A stretch of 64,000 nt of DNA from a virus (Duplodnaviria; Caudoviricetes). Each line of letters begins with the position of its first letter. The first letter of the stretch is position 1. Shown in pieces: positions 59,239 to 64,000 of the stretch. A program made the position numbers and the translations under genes. Below the pieces are notes generated by a model. The model searched no databases. It saw nothing but the letters and a program-made list of their open reading frames with translations, and had not been told where the DNA came from. The stretch is from positions 41,751 through 105,750 of the IMG/VR virus record IMGVR_UViG_3300005714_000005, one strand, 5' to 3'.

Positions 59239-59760
59239 TTAGTCAATTAAATCTTCGTCATTGACAATATCATCAAGATTTACTTTATAGCTAGGTTTTG
59301 CTTTTTGCCTTTTAGGATTGTGACTTCTTATCTCTACTGTTTCGTATTCAATCTCTCCACATTGAGAATTATGTTCACGAGCCTCATCATAAATCTTGAA
59401 GAATTGTCTAGCTCTTAGCTCCATATATGGGAATATCCCTACAACACCATAATCTTCACTAATCTCTTTCTTTTCTATTTCATATGTATAAGTAAGGATT
59501 CTGTCCAATACCCACCAATCCCACTTATAGTTAGTAGATTTAGATTCCTCAATCATCTTCTTGAGTTGTATCCATTCTACTTGGCTAGGTGGTCTACCAA
59601 TCACTTCTTGAAAGTGAAGATAGAAATAATGTTGTTCGACAATTTCTTGTGAAAAGGATTGCTCAAAGCAGTCATAGCAATATTTCTTGCGTTTGTAATT
59701 AACAATGTAATCTGCATTGAATTGATTTTCACAAACACTACACTTAGTTGGCTTTGCCAT
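59239..59760 (-). CDS. Zn-finger protein upstream of the helicase (possible loader)
   Basis: CSVC...CYDC; positional call. Confidence 0.6.
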   Translation of the reverse strand: MAKPTKCSVCENQFNADYIVNYKRKKYCYDCFEQSFSQEIVEQHYFYLHFQEVIGRPPSQVEWIQLKKMIEESKSTNYKWDWWVLDRILTYTYEIEKKEISEDYGVVGIFPYMELRARQFFKIYDEAREHNSQCGEIEYETVEIRSHNPKRQKAKPSYKVNLDDIVNDEDLID

Positions 59761-59783
59761 TTGTTCACGCTCCTTTCATAATT

Positions 59784-59815
59784 ATTATATTTCAAAGGTT
59801 GAGAAAAGTCAACCT
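59784..59815 (-). promoter_or_regulatory. Sigma-A promoter with dyad
   Basis: TTGACT-17-TATAAT; AGGTTGA-GAAAAG-TCAACCT. Confidence 0.85.
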
Positions 59816-59827
59816 CTGAAATGAAAA

Positions 59828-60004
59828 TTAATCAACTTTTGTAAACTTTGCATTTAGGATTTCCAATGTTAAATGCACAGGTTGAATAGCACCTAGCACA
59901 TATAATGTACCATTACTTGCCTCATAGATAATTCCAAATTCATCTTCAAATTTGGTTGGGTTATCTATACCAATGCTTAACACATCTTCAATTGTATATT
60001 TCAT
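59828..60004 (-). CDS. Small hypothetical protein (start revised to 60004)
   Basis: AGGAGAG RBS before MKYTIEDV. Confidence 0.6.
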   Translation of the reverse strand: MKYTIEDVLSIGIDNPTKFEDEFGIIYEASNGTLYVLGAIQPVHLTLEILNAKFTKVD

Positions 60005-60015
60005 ATGTATCTCTC

Positions 60016-60957
60016 CTATTCTTCTAAATGATTGATAACTAATTGCACAGATTGACGTAAGCAACGTCTTAGATGATTAAATTCATCTTGACTACCTTTC
60101 TTAACGTCAACTTGTCTTGCATAGTCCTCTGCACATTTTAACTTATCTATTAAAGCCTTATAATCAAATGAATTATCATCAAACTTGCCAAAGTGTTCTT
60201 TATATTTGGTAGTGATAATTTCTTCTAATTCTTGTTTATCTTTTTCGTAGTAAGATTGACAATCCTCTAAAGTGCCGATAATATTTTGTTTCACTTCCCA
60301 CGACTTATCAAACACATATGTACCAAAGGCAACTAAAAATCTAATCCCACTGTGCGATGAGTTGCTCCACACCTTTTTATCTTTCGTATCGTGATAATCT
60401 AATTTACCAACATAACCCATGCCCAATGACTCAAAACAATTTTTGACAATATCCTCAATTGCACGTTGTCTACTGTAAGTGAATAAACTTGCTTCTTTTT
60501 CGCCACCTGAGAACAAGAAATTATTTAGAATAAATGGATTACCTGTGTCATATACTGTCTTGAGAACCTCAACCTTGATAGGATTACCAATGGTTTGAAT
60601 ATCCTCTTTTACAGGTTGCCAAATTTCAACAAACTTACGATAAGCAAATTCATCTTCGAGAGTGTCCCAACACTCGTCCTCAAGGTTATATTTACTTGAT
60701 AGTTGTTTACATTTATCACTATATGCTTCAACACTTATAGTTTCTGTTCCATTGGTATAATGCTTAGTAACTTTAGTGAGTGATACTAAACGAATATCGT
60801 CAACATTGGCTACCCCTAGTTGTTTACCTTTATAATCTGTTGTGTATAATTCACCATCAACTAGGTAAGTCCTATTACCTAGTAACTTAACAATTGTCAA
60901 CTCTTTGTCGCTAAATTCAATTGCATCTAATTTTTGTTCAGGAATTTGTATTGTCAT
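60016..60957 (-). CDS. Hypothetical protein
   Basis: 313 aa with its own promoter and RBS. Confidence 0.75.
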   Translation of the reverse strand: MTIQIPEQKLDAIEFSDKELTIVKLLGNRTYLVDGELYTTDYKGKQLGVANVDDIRLVSLTKVTKHYTNGTETISVEAYSDKCKQLSSKYNLEDECWDTLEDEFAYRKFVEIWQPVKEDIQTIGNPIKVEVLKTVYDTGNPFILNNFLFSGGEKEASLFTYSRQRAIEDIVKNCFESLGMGYVGKLDYHDTKDKKVWSNSSHSGIRFLVAFGTYVFDKSWEVKQNIIGTLEDCQSYYEKDKQELEEIITTKYKEHFGKFDDNSFDYKALIDKLKCAEDYARQVDVKKGSQDEFNHLRRCLRQSVQLVINHLEE

Positions 60958-60994
60958 ATCTCTTATCTCCTCTCTGTTTGCTTGTTACACTATT

Positions 60995-61025
60995 ATTATA
61001 TACACTAAGTTGATAAAAGTAAACT
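60995..61025 (-). promoter_or_regulatory. Sigma-A promoter with dyad
   Basis: TTTACT-17-TATAAT; AGTTGAT-AAAA-GTAAACT. Confidence 0.8.
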
Positions 61026-61051
61026 ACTTTTTAAATAATTTTGAAATTTTA

Positions 61052-61083
61052 TGAATAAATTTCACATGAGTGGAATATAATAA
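61052..61083 (+). promoter_or_regulatory. Sigma-G-like antisense promoter, copy 3
   Basis: TGAATA-18 nt-TATAATA. Confidence 0.45.
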
Positions 61084-61091
61084 ATAGACAT

Positions 61092-61117
61092 AAGAAAAGA
61101 GAGGTATTACCCTCTCC
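61092..61117 (-). terminator. Intrinsic terminator
   Basis: GAGAGG/CCTCTC plus TTTTCTT on the minus strand. Confidence 0.7.
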
Positions 61118-61125
61118 TTTATGTA

Positions 61126-62205
61126 TTATTCAGCTTGCGATAATAAGTGTTCTAAGTCGTCTAAGATAGAATGAGCTGTTTGTAATTGTTTATCTGTCAA
61201 TTTATCAATCTCGTCAGGACTATTTAAGTAATTTAATAACACATCGTCTGCTTGTTGTGTTAATCCTTTTTTGTCTAATTCCTCTAGTATCTCGAAGATA
61301 GAATCTTTAGCTTCCTCTAATGTGATTGTAAATGTAGATTCGTATTTTTCTTGTACATCTTCGAACCCACCTAATTCTGCTCCTTCGATTTCGGCTTGTT
61401 TTACAATTCCATCGTAGATTGCTTGTCTAACAATTTGAGCATCCCATTTCTCAAATTTAGTTTGAACATAAGGAAAACGACAACGAGCAAACCATCCGTA
61501 TGATTCTTCTGTTGGCATGCGCTCAACTAAATATGCAGTAGATGGAATAACTTGGTCATTTTCGTCACTACCGTTTGATTGTAAGTAGAATGAGAAGTCT
61601 GCTAAATCTTTAACCGCTTTTGCAATACGTTTCTCACAAGCTAAATCTAAATACCCTTCAATTTCTTTAGACTCGGCAGGGTGTCCAATGAAGAATATTG
61701 TGTAGCCAACTCGTGTGATTGGGTAGAAGAAACGAGCCACCTCTGTTGAATAGTCTTCCCATTGAGAACCATGAGATCCTGCTTTTTTAAACTTCTCAAC
61801 ACCCTCAATATCACAGATGTAGTCTTTCATCATTCCACTCATAACTTCAAGACCGTCAATAATAACACCGATTGTATGACCTTGTTTTAAAGCCCCTAGA
61901 AGTCGTTTGTCTGTTGTTAATTTACGGAAGTGTTTACGAACATCTGCCCATTTCGATAATTTTAAAATCTTTGTTCCTGTTAAAGCATTTGAACCTGGTT
62001 CAAAAGGTAAGATAAATGAGTTCTTAACCATTTTAGCACATTGTGAAGTCTTCCCAGTATTATTATTTCCTGTTACCAAGAAAATTTTTCCTTGTAAATC
62101 GGGATTTAACTTTGCAGTCGTTACATCGTCTCCAAAAACGTCACCTGCCAAAGCGTCAAAATTGAAATCTTCTAAATTAAAATCCATTACTTTATCTTTT
62201 GCCAT
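61126..62205 (-). CDS. AAA_24/Sak4-like P-loop ATPase (recombination or annealing)
   Basis: GNNNTGKT, FEPGSNAL, IIDGL, FIGH, ARCRF. Confidence 0.8.
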   Translation of the reverse strand: MAKDKVMDFNLEDFNFDALAGDVFGDDVTTAKLNPDLQGKIFLVTGNNNTGKTSQCAKMVKNSFILPFEPGSNALTGTKILKLSKWADVRKHFRKLTTDKRLLGALKQGHTIGVIIDGLEVMSGMMKDYICDIEGVEKFKKAGSHGSQWEDYSTEVARFFYPITRVGYTIFFIGHPAESKEIEGYLDLACEKRIAKAVKDLADFSFYLQSNGSDENDQVIPSTAYLVERMPTEESYGWFARCRFPYVQTKFEKWDAQIVRQAIYDGIVKQAEIEGAELGGFEDVQEKYESTFTITLEEAKDSIFEILEELDKKGLTQQADDVLLNYLNSPDEIDKLTDKQLQTAHSILDDLEHLLSQAE

Positions 62206-62331
62206 ATGTACATTTCTCCTTTATAATTCATTTATTATCAATTCTAACATTGTTTATTTGCCTTCTAAGAGCATTTAACCCATGAGTAGATAAATTATAA
62301 GGGGAGGGGTTAAGCTCCCCTCATAGCTTAA

Positions 62332-63444
62332 TTATCGGCGGAAACGGTTGCGTTGTCCTGCTACTGGTGTTGCAGTTCCTTCTGCTTTAGGTGTAGTTGT
62401 TGTTGCATTTGCTCGGAATGAACCACGACCACGAGTTGCAGTTGTTTCTTGTTTTGGCTCATTTTGACGAGCTTCCCATTTCTTTAATTCTTCTGCAACG
62501 TTGGCTTGGCGTAAGTTGATAGCATCACGAATATCTTCTACATCGAACACTTCACCATCACCTAGTGGTTGTAAACCAACCAATAACATTTCACGATGAG
62601 ATTGTCGTTTAGTATTTACCGCTTTACGTTTACGACCAAATCCTTTACGTTCAGTTTCTTCTTCAACTGCTTCAACTTCAGTTTCAACATAGTAACCATT
62701 TAATTCTGCTACTACTTCCCAAGATAATCCGATTACTTCATCAGGATATTCTAATAATTCTCCACCTAAATCGTATTCTTCTTCTTCCTCAGTTGCAGGT
62801 AATACTCCTGCTACGAATTGAGTTTTTAAGCAACGGATTACTTGGTTATCTTTTGAACCATATGTATAAGGAATTGCCATTGTTACAATCGCACGACCTG
62901 TTTCTTCATCAGTTGCTTTATCAATTTCAGGTTGCACATCTTCAATTAAACCATTTAATACAACTTCGTTTTCTAAGCGAATATCTTCTTTAGGTTCACC
63001 TAATGAAATCTTAGCAAATCCTAATTCAACTCGGTAGTTCTCAACTAATTCACCTGTTTGAGAGTAGTAGTAGTTATCCACCATTTTTAAGTTTGTGTGA
63101 CCTTGTTTATCTTTACCCCATACTGAAATTGTTGGTGTTTTAGTTAAATCACGAGTCTTGAAGAATGTTTCAACTTCTTCATTAGCCATAGCTTCTAATG
63201 CTTGTGAAGTGTTGTCCATTTCACCATTGTAGAATGAAACAATACGATTTTGTACATTCACAGTTGCAAATTGATTTTCACCAGTTTGGATTGTAATATA
63301 TCCATTGTGAGCGTCTACTTTATCACCTTTTTTGAAATCGTTGCTATCCCAACGTGCTTCAATTTGTTTTTTCTCGATTTTGTATCCTGCGATAACTCCT
63401 GATAATTGAATTTCATTTGCGATGTTCTTAACGTTAATTGCCAT
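62332..63444 (-). CDS. Probable single-stranded DNA-binding protein (double OB-fold)
   Basis: Two NE(I/V).L.G.I repeats, acidic, highly biased codons, directly upstream of the AAA_24 gene. Confidence 0.55.
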   Translation of the reverse strand: MAINVKNIANEIQLSGVIAGYKIEKKQIEARWDSNDFKKGDKVDAHNGYITIQTGENQFATVNVQNRIVSFYNGEMDNTSQALEAMANEEVETFFKTRDLTKTPTISVWGKDKQGHTNLKMVDNYYYSQTGELVENYRVELGFAKISLGEPKEDIRLENEVVLNGLIEDVQPEIDKATDEETGRAIVTMAIPYTYGSKDNQVIRCLKTQFVAGVLPATEEEEEYDLGGELLEYPDEVIGLSWEVVAELNGYYVETEVEAVEEETERKGFGRKRKAVNTKRQSHREMLLVGLQPLGDGEVFDVEDIRDAINLRQANVAEELKKWEARQNEPKQETTATRGRGSFRANATTTTPKAEGTATPVAGQRNRFRR

Positions 63445-63571
63445 ATATATCTTCTCCTTCTTGCCCTTCTCTTGAGGCTCTCTTAATTATTTTAGTTTGG
63501 GTTTAGGTATGACCACTTAACGACCATGCCATTCCATCAAGTGGAGAATTGCTTAGTTGTTGTACATTTAT

Positions 63572-63602
63572 ATTATATACATTCAGTTGTCAAAAGTCAA
63601 CT
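63572..63602 (-). promoter_or_regulatory. Sigma-A promoter with dyad
   Basis: TTGACT-17-TATAAT; AGTTGTC-AAAA-GTCAACT. Confidence 0.85.
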
Positions 63603-63604
63603 AA

Positions 63605-63832
63605 TTATTTACGTTTTTTGCTAACTTCTTCTTTTTTAGTGAATTTAGATAATTCAGATTTCACATAAGCTAAATCTGCTTGGTTTAATAACATATCGTT
63701 TTTGATTACTACTTTGTTACCACGATTAAATGCTACCATTTTATCTAATCCATTTACAGTTACTACTGCTTTTTGTCCTTTAGTATCAATTGTTAAAGTT
63801 CCTTGACTGTTGTTTTTTAAAGTTACATTCAT
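63605..63832 (-). CDS. Small basic hypothetical protein
   Basis: 75 aa, AAGGAG RBS. Confidence 0.7.
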   Translation of the reverse strand: MNVTLKNNSQGTLTIDTKGQKAVVTVNGLDKMVAFNRGNKVVIKNDMLLNQADLAYVKSELSKFTKKEEVSKKRK

Positions 63833-63935
63833 ATGTATCGTTCTCCTTTGAGTTATATTTTCTAGGCTAATTCCCTAGAGTAGAAAGATTAATTTCTTAA
63901 TCTCTCTCGTTCTAATTAACTAGCTCACATTTATT

Positions 63936-63967
63936 ATTATATACTCTTTGTTGATATTAGTCAACAA
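63936..63967 (-). promoter_or_regulatory. Sigma-A promoter with dyad
   Basis: TTGACT-17-TATAAT; TTGTTGA-TATTAG-TCAACAA. Confidence 0.85.
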
Positions 63968-64000
63968 CTTTTTTAAACTTTTTATTTTTTATGTATATTT

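Noticed and set aside
1150-62993. Many short ORF-track entries antisense to or nested in long genes (for example 4829-5350, 9338-9697, 22543-22902, 55813-56046, 58283-58696, 61907-62278)
   Set aside because: Shadow ORFs without RBS or recognisable motifs, overlapping well-supported genes
63500-63545. H-type pseudoknot in the SSB-like leader
   Set aside because: The candidate second stem starts immediately after stem 1, leaving no linker, and contains a mismatch
1-64000. tRNA or rRNA genes
   Set aside because: No cloverleaf or rRNA-like sequence recognised in the intergenic regions; tRNAscan-SE would be decisive

Overview
This is a 64-kb segment of a large, AT-rich Bacillota (Firmicutes) siphovirus with SPbeta-like gene order. 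No host genes are visible. Bases 1-30.3 kb (+ strand) carry the tail module (tube, tape measure, Tal-like, Dit, fibres), an accessory appendage cluster (collagen adaptor, LamG domain, NanH-like GH33 sialidase, tail-collar fibre, class-3 lipase) and lysis genes. Bases 30.3-64 kb (- strand) form a convergent early/replication arm: SSB-like, AAA_24 ATPase, DnaB, primase, RecJ, DnaE, ClpP-like, LemA, RecD2, MTase, NrdD/G, a sporulation-type sigma factor, TK and dUTPase. Four group I introns with homing endonucleases split nrdD, dnaE (twice) and recJ; their splice junctions can be read to the base and restore conserved motifs. Signals not explained by the ORF track: (1) a probable virion-displayed sialidase in a chain of fibres with a shared module; (2) a 55-aa stand-alone mimic of a tape-measure segment inside a cassette bounded by 19-bp direct repeats; (3) a ~150-nt antisense sRNA candidate with an anti-Shine-Dalgarno tract; (4) eleven sigma-A promoters, nine with a dyad over the -35, plus three back-to-back sigma-G-like antisense promoters; (5) RBS hairpins on intron endonuclease genes that compete with long-range intron stems; (6) a +1 frame break inside the RecD2 Walker A with prfB-like geometry; (7) a catalytically dead tyrosine recombinase in the lysis module. 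All family calls come from motifs read by eye, with no database searches.
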